From: Podarcis liolepis
Lineage: Eukaryota
Reading direction: 5' to 3' (one strand)
DNA: 64,000 nt
Assembly (NCBI GenBank): GCA_965112155.1
Contig: OZ218103.1
Position numbers and translations under genes: made by a program. Positions 35,821-48,372 of this stretch are shown here, one piece after another (positions within the stretch are counted from its first letter, which is position 1; each line of letters begins with the position of its first letter). The notes beneath the pieces are model-generated. The model was not told the origin of the DNA. It saw only the letters and a program-made list of their open reading frames with translations, and did not search any database.

Positions 35821-37276
35821 GCTATGTTAGTCTGTTTCTGCAACAAAAGCAACATTTGAATCTTTTAGCAATTTATAGGCCATCTCCAACTTGGTTTCCT
35901 CCAGAGGTTTTGGACTACAACTCCCATCTGCCCACACTGACTTGAGCTCCTTGGAAGGAAGAAAGGAATGAATGAATGAATGAATGAATGAATGATGCTG
36001 CTGTTTTCTGTCCAGACTGTGGTCTGGACTGAGGTATGGAGGATTCCACCTGGGTCTGAATTCTGTAAGCTTCTGTGGTTACATAATGCTATCACTGACA
36101 ATGAGTCAACCAGACTCTGCATTACTACTGAATCATCCTGATACAAGGGGAAATGTTTATATGCAAATACATTACACACTTATTTCCACTCCAAGTGGTA
36201 GATTGCATCTCCCTTTGAAAAGGTGCGTGGGGGGGGGACGACTGTCATCTCTTTCTTAGGATATGTCAGAGCATACATCCCAGCTGGGGCTGGAAGAAAT
36301 TAAGAAGATCCCAGCTAATCTTCAGCCCTATCAATGTGCCTCAAGGCATCTTCCATCAATGTTCATCTTTTCAACAGGTCCATGGTACTATGCAGTTGTT
36401 ACTCTTGCATTGTTGTTACAAGAGAAATGCAACTGATTTTCCATTCTAACAGGCTTTTACACTTCTTTGTATACATCCTACTGTGTGCATTTCACACCAG
36501 TGGGTGTGATGTAGCTGCTGTGGATGGAGCCATTTGAAGCTGAGAACACATTTGTTATAATCCTTGTGATGGGTACCATTTTGTGACTCCATTTCTTAAA
36601 ACGAATCTTTTAATTAGCAGTGATGCAACACACACACATGGCAGAGAGACACAGAGAGAGTGCGCATCATAAGACTGTGGTGACATTGTTTTAAGGCTCG
36701 CAGTTTGAACTTGTCACTGTCCATGTCAAAACCCCACTTTTTTAAAAAGATGAAAGTGTAGCGCTAAAGCATTTACAACTGTGGTGGTTTCGCTACTATT
36801 TTTCTTGGCAGGGGGAAGGAACTTTCTGCAGTCTAAGAAAAACAGAAGAACTACAAGGAAAATTCTGAATGCTGATGACTGGATGACAGTGTTATCAGGA
36901 TGCCCCATAAAAAGTGAGGGAACAAAGCACTTTGTTGCTGTTGTGGAAAAGGGTGCGGGAAACTCTTTCTGTGGATGTTTGTGGGCAACAATTCTTGCCT
37001 CTCAGGGGCAGAGCCTGGGTGAGTTGGAGAGTGGGGATGAAAGCTATTAAGCTGTTCAAACACCACAGAATAGGAATCTGTTGGCACAGAGTGGGGCTTC
37101 TCAGAGTGTGAAGGACAGAGTGGGCAGCACTAGGAAAGAGATGGGGAAGTATTCAACTAAGTTTTACTCACCAACCCCGCCTTCCCTTCCACAACCCCCT
37201 TCACCAAAGAAACCCTCTTCTTTTACTCCTCACCAAAGCCATCTTTCTTGCCAAAGCCACCAACCCCTTTCCTTTA

Positions 37277-37594
37277 AAAGGACCGACTCTGGGGTTGTAG
37301 CGCTCATCTCGCTTTATTGGCTGAGGGAGTTGGCGTACAGCTTCCGGGTCATGTGGCCAGCATGACTAAGCCGCGTCTGGCAAAGCAGAGCAGGACATGG
37401 AAATGCCGTTTACCTTCCCGCCGGAGCAGTACCTATTTATCTACTTGCACTTTGATGTGCTTTCAAACTGCTAGCTTGGCAGGAGCAGGGACCGAGCAGC
37501 GGGAGCTCACCCCATCGCGGGGATTCGAACCGCCGACCTTCTGATCAGCAAGTCCTAGGCTCTGTGGTTTAACCCACAGTGCCACCCGCATCCC
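37277..37594 (-). mobile_element. Sauria SINE with deletion near the 3' end
   Basis: Family sequence; TSD tttccttta at 37268-37276 and 37595-37603. Confidence 0.9.
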
Positions 37595-39926
37595 TTTCCT
37601 TTATACCTCGCCAAAGGCACCTCCTCCCCCTAGTCCTTGACCTCTGCAGCTGACCTTAGCTGCCCACAAGCCTGGTTTGCCCAGCCACTTACTCATTTGC
37701 CAGGGTGAGGCACTCACTTGCCTGCTTGCATCTCCATTTCCCCTCCTTTTTCGCTTCCCTCACCCTACTTTGACTTGAGTGTGCCGGCACCCTCTCCAGC
37801 AGCAGCGTGACAATTACAAATATGGTATGGGCTTATCTGCACTTACCTTTTTTCCAAGGATTTCCATTTGCTCTGATTCCGCTTAAAAGAGCGGGTTTTT
37901 CACTTTTCTGCAGAGAAAAGTAAGAGCAGGTAAGCCCAGAGACAAGTACTCTTAAATCCAGTTTTATGGAACAGCCTACACTGAAATGATTATAATACCA
38001 AAATCCTTATATTGTGAGTTGCATTGCATGGTACGATATTTTCCAGACTGTATTTCAGCAAAGTATAGATGCCAATGCAACATGTAAGTTGGATGCTTAA
38101 TAATTAGGCCAATTTTTGCAAATGTAAATCAATGTTACGACCAACAGCTCGAGATTGACATTTTAATGAAAGGTCAAAACATTTGTAAATTAATGAAACT
38201 ATGAAAAGCACAATTTATCATTTTTGGACTGTACATGCTAGGTATTTTCAGTGCAAATTGATATGCAGATCAAACACACAAACACAAAAGGCAGGAGACC
38301 ATCTCATATTAAATATATGAAATAAAGCTGGTACACTGGCTGCCTGGCATTTTATTCTCTGTCTTTTTTTAAAAAAAATAGAGGTAATTTTCTTTCAGCA
38401 TAATATATTCTGACTTCCTAATACATGTATATGTGAGTGTGTTAACGATTCTTATTTATTTAGATATTTATAAACCACACTTTCATTTTTTTAAAAAAAT
38501 GCAGCAAGGCAGAGTACATCCTATAATATTACAGTAACAGCAATAAAAAGGCAGTAAAGCATCAATGAACACCAGCCGGTAAAAATAACTTCACACTGTA
38601 AAACCTGGTCTGAATTACGAACTGCAATTTATGCATGCAATTGTTTTATATATGTTGTTCTTAAATGGCGAGATCGCTTTGAGATACATCATAGGAAGCA
38701 ATACATAAATGAAATAAACAAGTGTAAAAATGATAATAATATTATCCACTAAGGCCATGACCAAGACAAAGGGCTGGGTCCAGATTTCACTTGCCGTAGA
38801 CAGAATCCTGTTGGAAGAGTAGGAGGATTTCCCATTTTTTTCCCAATCCCTGCAGACCCCAACACCATCTCACACACTGATCTGGAGTATTCCTTAAGTG
38901 GCAACAGTCACATTCCCCTCTCCAGGGCAGAAACATCCCCTGAACAGAACTCTGCTCCCCACTGGCAGAAGCCACATCTAGATCCAACACAAAATTTACT
39001 TTTGATTGCTGTCTGTTCTAATGTTTGTATTAAACCCATGCATAGCACGCTCTCTCATTTAAATCAACAAGACTTAGTGCTTAACTTTATTTGCATCATG
39101 CTCTAAAAGACTGCAGCGATAAATACGCCTACTTTACCGGCACTTACTCACGAGTAAACTAGCTTAGGATAGTGCTGCAGATGACTAAAATAGGAACGAC
39201 TACAAAAGAGTTAAAACATTTATTACTTATTCATTTTTTTCGCTTTTTAAAAAGTCTCAAAGCAAGTTACAATAGATGGAAGTAGATAAAGGTTTTTTTA
39301 TTGATCTAGTAAATACTGGAAAAAGAGGTAGTGTCATTTTTTTATTTGGATGCCCTTTAAAATATGAGCGTTCCAATGTTTTTTAAAAAATAATTCCATG
39401 AATGTAATTAGCCATTGAATGCATAGTCTAATTAAGGGGAAAAGAAGCTCTTAAGCTGCAGATAATTACACTTGAGTAACTTCACACAAAGGAGGAAGCT
39501 GTGGTTGTGTTCAAGAGGATTATTCCAGTGAGTTCACTTGGTGTAACAGCTAAGCTCGAAGTCTACAAACATACTTTTGATTTGCATCTAAGGTGCCTTA
39601 AAGATCAGCAGCAATTTGTAAAAACTTCAGAGCGATGAAATATTACATGGATGCTTTCTCACCCCCAGCCCGTCAAAATATCTCTTTGTGCTTTGCAGCT
39701 GCGTCCTGATTGCAGGGGTGTCTGCTGGATATTGTTACAGCAGACAGTGGTGTTCCATCAGGGCAATTAGGCCAGATGTCCAGAGCAACACACAGCAGAA
39801 TGGGCAGGCGTGGCCTCAATGCAAGAGGGCTGGCTTGCCCCATTTTGAAGCATTGCTGGTTACTGAGTAAGACCATGTCAGAACGCCTGTGCTCCGAGAT
39901 CTACACTGGATGCTAATTTGCAAGTA

Positions 39927-40152
39927 CAGTGGTACCTCGGGTTAAGTACTTAATTCGTTCCAGGGGTCCATTCTTAACCTGAAACTGTTCTTAACCTGAA
40001 GCACCACTTTAGCTAATGGGGCCTCCCGCTGCTGCCGCGCCGCCAGAGCACGATTTCTGTTCTCATCCCGAAGCAAAATTCTTAACCTGAAGCACTATTT
40101 CTGGGTTAGCGGAGTCTGTAACCTGAAGCGTATGTAACCTGAGGTACCACTA
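39927..40152. mobile_element. Tc1/mariner MITE
   Basis: cagtggtacctc TIR with TA flanks. Confidence 0.9.
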
Positions 40153-40333
40153 TAGGCCCTTAACAGTTTGGGGCCAGTTTCATACCCTCCAACATTTCTC
40201 CGATAAAATAGGGACAGCCATTCTGAGCACCTTCCAACATACGCGTATAAAAAACATAATAAAACATTAAACATGAAAAAAAAACCCCTTCCCTATACAG
40301 GACTGCCTTCAGATGTCTTCTAAGAGCTGTATA

Positions 40334-40567
40334 CAGTGGTACCTCGGGTTACATATGCTTCAGGCTACATACGCTTCAGGTTACACACTCCGCTGACCCT
40401 GAAATAGTGCTTCAGGTTAAGAACTTTGCTTCAGGATAAGAATAGAAATTGTGCTCCGGCAGCAGTGGGAGGCCCCATTAGCTAAAGTGGTGCTTCAGGT
40501 TAAGAACAGTTTCAGGTTAAGCATGGACCTCCGGAATGAATTAAGTACTTAACCTGAGGTACCACTG
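40334..40567. mobile_element. Tc1/mariner MITE, opposite orientation to 39927
   Basis: TIRs and TA duplication; inserted next to or into an L2 3'-end remnant. Confidence 0.9.
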
Positions 40568-41327
40568 TAGTTACTTATCTCTTTGGCTCAGGCAGCATGT
40601 AACCACTTATCTTCCAACATTTCTCTAATGGTTACTGTAAATCCAGGACTGTCCCTGGAAAATAGAGACACTTGGTAGGTCTGTAGTTCACCTATGAGAT
40701 CACCTTACCCCATATAGGCCCACTTGACTGCTTTGACCTGCAAAGCTGGCCACATACTACTTGTTCCGTATGTCTAAGAAATCAGTATTTTAATGCAGAA
40801 GCACCTACACTTTGCAACATCAGGGAGGCGCCATTGCTGTACTCCTTTTGGAGCCTGCGTAAATCATGTTTGTTTAGGCAAGCCTGCCTGGACGTGCAGA
40901 ATGTGCTTTAAGCTATTTTTAACTTACGGTTGATTTTATTTGTCTTTGATTGTTTTTAAACACCTGTTTTAAACCTTATTAATAATTTTAATTTTTTTTG
41001 TAAAGCGCTTTGAAGTTTTATTGCAATCAAGTGGAATATAAAACTTGTTGCATAAGTACCATCAAAAGAGAGCAAGACATGGAAGACCATTAAGACCAGA
41101 ACATATAATCACGTAGCTGTGCTAGCGGGGAACATAGGATTTTGTGCCCCAACTGATGCTGATGTTGTTGACCTGGTCCCTACCACCTACTAGTGGTAGG
41201 GTTTCAGGATTCTAGGTGGATGGTAAGGGGTTCTACAGCACAAACTCCTTCCATCGAGGACTGGTGTGCAGTAAGGAAATTTTACCATCAAGAAAGATGT
41301 ACTAGTGGGTGGTAGGTATAAATTAGA

Positions 41328-41706
41328 GGGATGCAGGTGACGTGGTGGTCTAAACCACTGAGCCTCCTGGGCTTGCCAATCAGAAGATCGGCGGTTCGAA
41401 TCCCTGGGTGAGTTCCCATTGCTCGGTCCCAGCTCCAGCCAACCTAGCAGTTCAAAAGCATGCCAAAAAGTTCAAGTAGATAAATAGGTACCACTCTGGC
41501 GGGAAGGTAAACAGCGTTAACGTGTGCTGCTCTGGTTTCGGTGTTCCGTTGTTCCAGAAGCAGCTTAGTCATGCCGGTCACCTGACCCGGAAAAACTGTC
41601 TGCGGACAAACGCCGGCTCCCTCGGCCTGTAAAGCGAGATGAGCGCCGCAACCCAGAGTCGTCTGTGACTGGACTTAATGCTCAGGGGTCCTTTACCTTT
41701 ACCTTT
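41328..41706 (+). mobile_element. Sauria SINE (longer variant subfamily)
   Basis: Family sequence with an extra internal segment; TSD taggtataaa at 41313 and 41707. Confidence 0.88.
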
Positions 41707-42322
41707 TAGGTATAAAAAGGTTGACTACCCCTTCTGTATCTAGAGGGAAAGGGATAAACTCTCCACCTTTCTCAACGCAGTGAGAGTAAGCACAAATGCA
41801 AGACTGAAGTATCCAATTATAATCTTTCTCCTTAGATAAAATCTATGGTTTGTGCTTCCACCTGATTATTTAGACTATGTGTGATGAGCCCCTTAGAACT
41901 GGAGCTTCAAATTTCATTAACAACGTTTGGTAAAATAAGCTGCGTACGAAATGCCACCTGCTGCTGGCTGAGAGGCTTTCAAATGTACCTCACTTGTGTG
42001 CAAGAGGTTTCGGATGCTTAGATGAGCATTGAGCTCTTCATAATCTCTGTGCAGTTTATGCAGGGGGAGTATTGTGGTTGTTCCAATCTGCCTCAGTCCA
42101 GCACTGAATAAAATGATGGCAACCCTAATCTTTTAAATAATAATAAAAAAAGAAAATAATAAAAAAAGAAAATAAACAAATGACATCACTCTGTGTGTGG
42201 ATGTGGGGCTTATTTATAAGTAGTAAGCGGGGAACAATGCTTTCAGATTCACTATGTATAAGAACATGCTACCTATTCCTCTCTAAAAGAAAGTAAGGAA
42301 TCTTACTGAATTAGCTTTGGTA

Positions 42323-42565
42323 CAGTGGTACCTCGGGTTAAGAACTTAATTCATTCCGGAGGTCCGTTCTTAACCTGAAACTGTTCTTAACCTGAAGCAC
42401 CACTTTAGCTAATGGGGCCTCCCGCTGCCACTGCACTGCCGCTGCACGATTTCTGTTCTCATCCTGAAGCAAAATTCTTAACCTGAGGTAATATTTCTGG
42501 GTTAGCGGAGTCTGTAACCTGAAGCGTCTGTAGCCTGAAGCATATGTAACCCCTAGGTACCACTG
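42323..42565. mobile_element. Tc1/mariner MITE
   Basis: TIRs with TA flanks. Confidence 0.9.
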
Positions 42566-42626
42566 TATTTCTGCAGGTCTGAGAAAGAAGCAAGCCCTTA
42601 GGTCATTTCAGCTAAGCCTGATCCTA

Positions 42627-42794
42627 TACCTCGGGTTAAGAACTTTGCTTCAGGATGAGAACAGAAATCGTGCTCCGGCGGTGCAGCGGCAGCAGGAGGC
42701 CCCATTAGCTAAAGTGGTGCTTCAGGTTAAGAACAGTTTCAGGTTACGAACGGATCTCCCGAACAAATTAAGTACTTAACCCGAGGTACCACTG
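42627..42794. mobile_element. Truncated Tc1/mariner MITE, opposite orientation to 42323
   Basis: Only the right TIR gaggtaccactg|ta is complete. Confidence 0.85.
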
Positions 42795-44182
42795 TACATG
42801 TTTGTGCAAGAAGTAGCTGCCATTGAGTTTAATTATTTTCATGCAAAAGTTTGCAAGCGATTGCAGAATGATTGACTTGTTTCAAGCCAATATTATAATT
42901 CTTGGCAAATCCTTGTGAGCAGTAAGGCAGTAAGGGAATAATGGAATAGTATATCTTGGCAGATGGCATAGCAGGCTGGCTGGCTGCAGCACTGTGTTAT
43001 AGATCCCGCATGTTCTTCACTAAACTCAGGTTATTATCAGCTCTTTGTAACCCCAGATCAGCTTGCAGCAGTGCAGATTTCTGCTTCTTCATTCAGGAAG
43101 TGGGCCGTCGTCTAGAGAGACTCTTTCAGGTTTGGGGTGTGTGTATATTTGTGTGTGTGTCCCTAAACATGCAAAAAGGAAGTCAGGTTAAATGCCTCTT
43201 GGTTTCTCCAGTTCTGCAAACTAGTGTTAAGAAAATGCAACAGGTATTTCTTGTACTGCAACACTTCAGGGCTGAGAACAAAGCTTTAATTCCTTCCATT
43301 TACTACTATTTCTAAGCCTCTGTTCAGCACCGTAGCTTTCCCAAGACAGTTTGCATGAATAACAAATCCAGAGTTTTATCAATATCCAACATTAAAAACA
43401 AACAAATCCATTTACATTAAAATGAGCCAATTTAAGTGAGGGCCATATCTAGCATCTTCCAGGTTCATTCTCTGCCATGTCCAGGTTGGCTGGGAATATC
43501 CCATGTCTAAAATCCTGGAGACTCAACTGCCTGTTGGTGCAGACGAAGGGTAGAGAACATCAGGTCCAAGGGCCAAATGCATCCCTCTGCCTGGCCTGCA
43601 GAACCCTCCTTAGGCCACACCCCCTTTTCTCAGGCCACACGCTGTCCACCATTGACACGTGACCATTAGAACGTTGACCAGAAGGGAATATGATTCTTAG
43701 GCTGAAAAGAGATTCCTCGTTCATGATGTGGAAGCACGGAGCTAGGGCCCCTTTTATAGTGAATTCATTATGATTTGTGCACATGATTGTATCAAGGTGG
43801 CTATATACGTATGCGTTCCTATTTGCCCCTGCAAAAGGTTTGGGGCAGGTACACCAGTTCATTTACAGTTACTGCATGCCCCATAACTTCCTGCTGAAAT
43901 CCCGTGTCATATCATAAATGTTGGGCTGGGTTTTTTTGTCCCACTTTTGTCATACTACAGCACAATAATTGCCTTGTAGATGGCAATAATGTGGTAACAT
44001 TGTAGAAGAATTGCATAACAATTAATACAATGGAATGCTGTGTGGGTGGCCCAGTATAAATCCACTATTATTGCATCAAAGTCATGCTGCAGCTGGGGAA
44101 AAGATCTGCAGAACAAAAGTAAAAAAAATCCACCAGTCTAGTGGTCCCCTAGGTAGACCAATGGTTGATTCCGTATGAGGCA

Positions 44183-44369
44183 CATAGCTGTCAACTTTCA
44201 GAATTGAAAATAAGGGATCAGCAGCCTCAAAAATAAGGGATCAGCAGCCTCACCTGTCCCAGGGACAGTCTACGGGATATCTAACAATCCGGGATAGCAG
44301 CGGGAAGCAGCAGGAAATGGCGCTGGAATAAGGGAATTTCCCTCAAAAAAGGGAAGGTTGACAGCTATG
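44183..44369. mobile_element. hAT-type MITE
   Basis: TIR catagctgtcaac / gttgacagctatg; perfect TSD atgaggca at 44175-44182 and 44370-44377; internal direct repeat aaaataagggatcagcagcctca twice. Confidence 0.9.
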
Positions 44370-44535
44370 ATGAGGCAGCTTCTGATGTCCCTTCCTAGTT
44401 TACCAGCTACTCCTTTCTTCCATTTAAGCACGAAGCTGCAGGTTTTAAGGCACTGCCTGAACGTCAAAGCAATTGTGTTTTCTGTTCTGGATTTCCCCTC
44501 CATGCATTTCTCCCATTAATCTTCAATAAAAAAAT

Positions 44536-44612
44536 GAAAGAAAGAAAGAAGGAAGGAAGGAAGGAAGGAAGGAAGGAAGGAAGGAAGGAAGGAAGGAAAG
44601 AAAGAAAGAAAA
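44536..44612. repeat. (GAAA)n/(GGAA)n microsatellite
   Basis: Directly visible. Confidence 0.95.
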
Positions 44613-46452
44613 TCCAATCAAATGGAAGAACAGCCATCTCTCCCAAGGCTGTAGACCAAAACAGGACAAAAGCAGAAGAAAAAAACAAAATGAAACATGC
44701 ATATCGTACTACAAATGCTAAAACCTGACTTTCCTATAAATTCATATGCATGCATTAGGAAAGAATGAGAGAAAGAAATAATTGCAGGTATAGGACTTAA
44801 GAAATTTACCAGACAGACTGGAGACAGCTTATCTCTTTGATCAACAGATACCGGTTTTAAATCGCAGTTTATCAAGCTATATTGGAGACATTTACGCTTC
44901 ATGAAGAATGCAAAAAGTATTTTATTCTATCCATTTTGGGGGTGGGGTGGGGGAAAGTGAGCGGGTAGGAGAATGAAAATGTGGGTTTCTTTCCCCCCCT
45001 TGAATGCAGGATTATGCCATATGTGCCACATCCTCTGAGCCCTTTCATTACTCAACATGATATTGGATAACTGGCAGGGGGTGGAGAGAAAGAGAGTGAG
45101 TTAATGAACGGAGGTAACAATCTTTCTTGGGCGTTTCTGCAAAACACACATGAGTAATTTTGATAGCTGTTAGCATAAGCATCCAGTTCATCCAGTTTCT
45201 TCAAATAATTCATGTATACTAGATGTTTTGTGAGGAATGCCTTCTCATTTGCTGAATTGCCCACTTATGGCCACTAGCCTACCAGAAATATACTGAGTAT
45301 CCCATTAGGCCAAATAAGATATTTATCGCCTCAAAATCTGTACTGCTAAGGAAAACAACATGACAGGTTTCCTGATCCATGCCTTCCATTGTGACAATCT
45401 ATCTCCTCCCCACAAGTCTCAGATGTTCTGTTCTCTTTTGGGGGACCCACCGACCTGTTTGGCAGTCAGAAAGGGCAACAGCATCACTCTTTCATGCTGA
45501 TTTCTCCACAGGTGATGGATGGATCCAGCAGGGCTGGGTGGAGGGACACTTCTACCAGTGGAGGCTGGACCATTAGGGCAAACCCCAGTCTGTCCTCAGC
45601 TATCCCTCAACCTGCCTGCCTTCTTACAGCCAGTCCACCTACAGTTGATCTCCGTGCCTTCCATGCCTCCAGACCTAGCTGGCCCCAGCCTCCACTGAAC
45701 TCTGCCCAATTCAAGCCCCCCAGGGCAGAGCAAAGAGGGTTTGGCTTGCTTTGTTAAATCTGTGAAGGGTGGTGGGGAAGGCACATGCAGGTAAAGGCAG
45801 ACACTCGAACATGATAGAGCCCTGCAAAACACACCCATTTCACACGCTGGTGAGGCTCGTTCTGAACTTCTGATCAATGGGATTGTACAACAATTAGGAG
45901 GAATTCAACATAGCGCTAAGCAGGTTGCGCCGTCAAGACAAGCAATTCTGCTGCACTGATGAATTGCATTCTCCTCCCACTGCATGCTATTTGGGGGGGG
46001 GGTTCTTCTATCCCACCCCAGCCAATTTGGGGGGTTGGGGGGTGGGGAGAGGAAGGAAAGATCTATTGAGGTAGCAGAAGTCATTGCTTGGGCTTCCACT
46101 GGTGGGGCTCCTTAGCTGAACTGCACCCATTATTTTTTTCCTAGCCTATCTTTAACTCAAGTAACACATTATTGGATTTTAAAACACTGCAGGCAAGCCA
46201 TTTCAGAGTAAACAATTACAGCTACTACAGCAGACCTTTTAGTAATGTGTGATGCTTTGGATAGATGGAGCTTCAGCGCTGAACCTCGAGATGACAACTG
46301 AGATGTTTAACGCATGCCCTATTTTCGTTTGTGATTTCCTAGCGATGCTGCCATGGCCTGTGCCACTCTACACAGAGGTAAGTCCCATTGAGTTCAGTGG
46401 GGTTTAATCCATGCACAAAATTGCAACCTAAATATTTCATAGAATCAGTGCT

Positions 46453-46783
46453 GGTAAAAGGTAAAGGACCACCTGGACAGTTACATAAGTCCAGCTATAG
46501 GGTGGGTGGTGTTGTAGTCAAAACCACTGAGCCTCTTGGGCTTGCCGACTGGAAGGTCGGCAGTTCAAATCCGCGCAATGGGGTGAGCTCCTATTGCTCT
46601 GTCCCAGCTTCTGCCAACCTAGCAGTTTGAAAGCACACTAGTGCAAGTAGATAAATAGGCACTGCTGCAGCGGGAATGGAAATGATGTTTCCGTGTGCTC
46701 TGGCTTCTGTCACGGTGTTCCGTTGCACCAGAAACGGTTTAGTCATGCTGATCACAAGACCCGGAAAGCTGTCTGTGGACAAA
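46453..46783. mobile_element. Sauria SINE with internal inversion
   Basis: Reverse-complement tail at 46453-46494 is joined to a plus-strand head/body at 46500-46783. Confidence 0.75.
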
Positions 46784-48027
46784 TACACACCGCTACACAG
46801 TACCAGCACCTTTCTCCTCCCCCCTTGCATCTCCTGTCCCAAAACCGCCCTCATTTTTTCAACACTTTCATAACTGCAAAAAGTCAATTTCTTTTTTAAA
46901 AAGTAGATTTGTTGTGCTAGGTTGACATCTTATTTTAATTCACTTTTATAGCAGAAGTCTAAATTTCCTAGAGTGCGCTTGAATTGCTTCTGCAAAATAC
47001 CGCCAGTCTGGGGGTTGCTCATAGGCTTTTCATTTGATTTCCAGGTAGGTGTACGATTCCACCCTAAGGGTGCTTCCTGGTGATCTGTTTATTTAACATT
47101 AGTCCTGATTTGTCAGCTGGGAGATTCAATGATGTGGGCTATTTGATGAGCATTCCTTCTGAGCCATTTGCAGGGAGGTTAGATGACGTTGTCAACGCAA
47201 GCATTATCCCACACTTCTGGGTGCATTTCTCGGTTGCTTTCCTTACTGCAAAAAGCCCAATCATTTGATCGCCTTGCCCTTAAGTGCAGTTTGATATGAA
47301 AACAGGAGCATGTGATTATGCCCCCCTCCATGCTGTGAAATGATTCATTTGCTGCTTTCAAGATCTCAAGCTGTTCAAAAAGTCACAAAAGCAAGCCAGG
47401 CAGTTCCAATGTTTCTGTATTTGTGATCGGCTGGCAGCCCCACCAGTAAGTGTGTTATATTTGCAGCCTCAACAAATGAGGTGGAAAAATGCGGCCCTAC
47501 CAGCTCCACCCTCCGCCATATTCATTTGTTTCTGTTCTAGTCACTTTGCAGATTTTTGGTTTGCTTAGTTTAGATTTAGCTCTTCTCTAGAATTTATAAA
47601 GCAATGTTAAGCACACTTGTATGCGTTAGAGGCTTAAAATGCAGCGAGGTCATTTCCCCCCTGCTGCTTTTTGAGTTGCATTTGCACAATGTGCATACAT
47701 CAGAGAGGGGGTGGGGATGTCTTTCATCCAACACACATGGCCAGTTTTGTTCCCCCTCCAGCTCCTATTCATGAAGCTGTCATCTGCGCTTGCATGCTCA
47801 TCTGCACATGTGCAGTAGCTGTCCCAAATGCGGACTCCTGGCTTAAGTATAAAATGAATTTAGCTTAAGTTTTCTAGTTGGATTGAAGTTGATTTTGGGG
47901 GAAACGCACCAAACAGCAATATTTCTCAAGAAAGGATTGGTTTGATGCACTTTGTGGCATCTGTATGCACTTCAAGAACTAAAAATGGGAGCACACTGGA
48001 TATGGAATAAATGGTAATGTGCACATA

Positions 48028-48372
48028 AAGGTAAAGGTAAAGGGACCCCTGACCATTAGGTCCAGTCGCGGACGACTATGGGGTTGCGGTGCTCATCTCG
48101 CTTTATTGGCCGAGGGAGCCGGCATACAGCTTCCGGGTCATCCAGGTTTTGCTTCTGGCAAAACCAGAGCAGCACACGGAAACGCCGTTTACCTTCCCGC
48201 CGGAGTGGTACCTCTTTATCTACTTGCACTTTGATGTGCTTTCGAACTGCTAGGTAGGCAGGAGCTGGGGCTTAACAACAGGAGCTCCTGTCAAGTGGAG
48301 ATTCGAACCGCCGACCTTCTGAACGGCAAGCCCTAGGCTTTGTGGTTTAACCCACAGCGCCACCTGCGTCCC
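48028..48372 (-). mobile_element. Sauria SINE
   Basis: TSD aatgtgcacata at 48016-48027 and 48373-48384. Confidence 0.92.

Noticed and set aside
41178-41201. 9-bp stem hairpin ccctaccac/gtggtaggg
   Set aside because: Appears to be part of a degraded MITE surrounding the Sauria SINE at 41328; too short to be meaningful alone.
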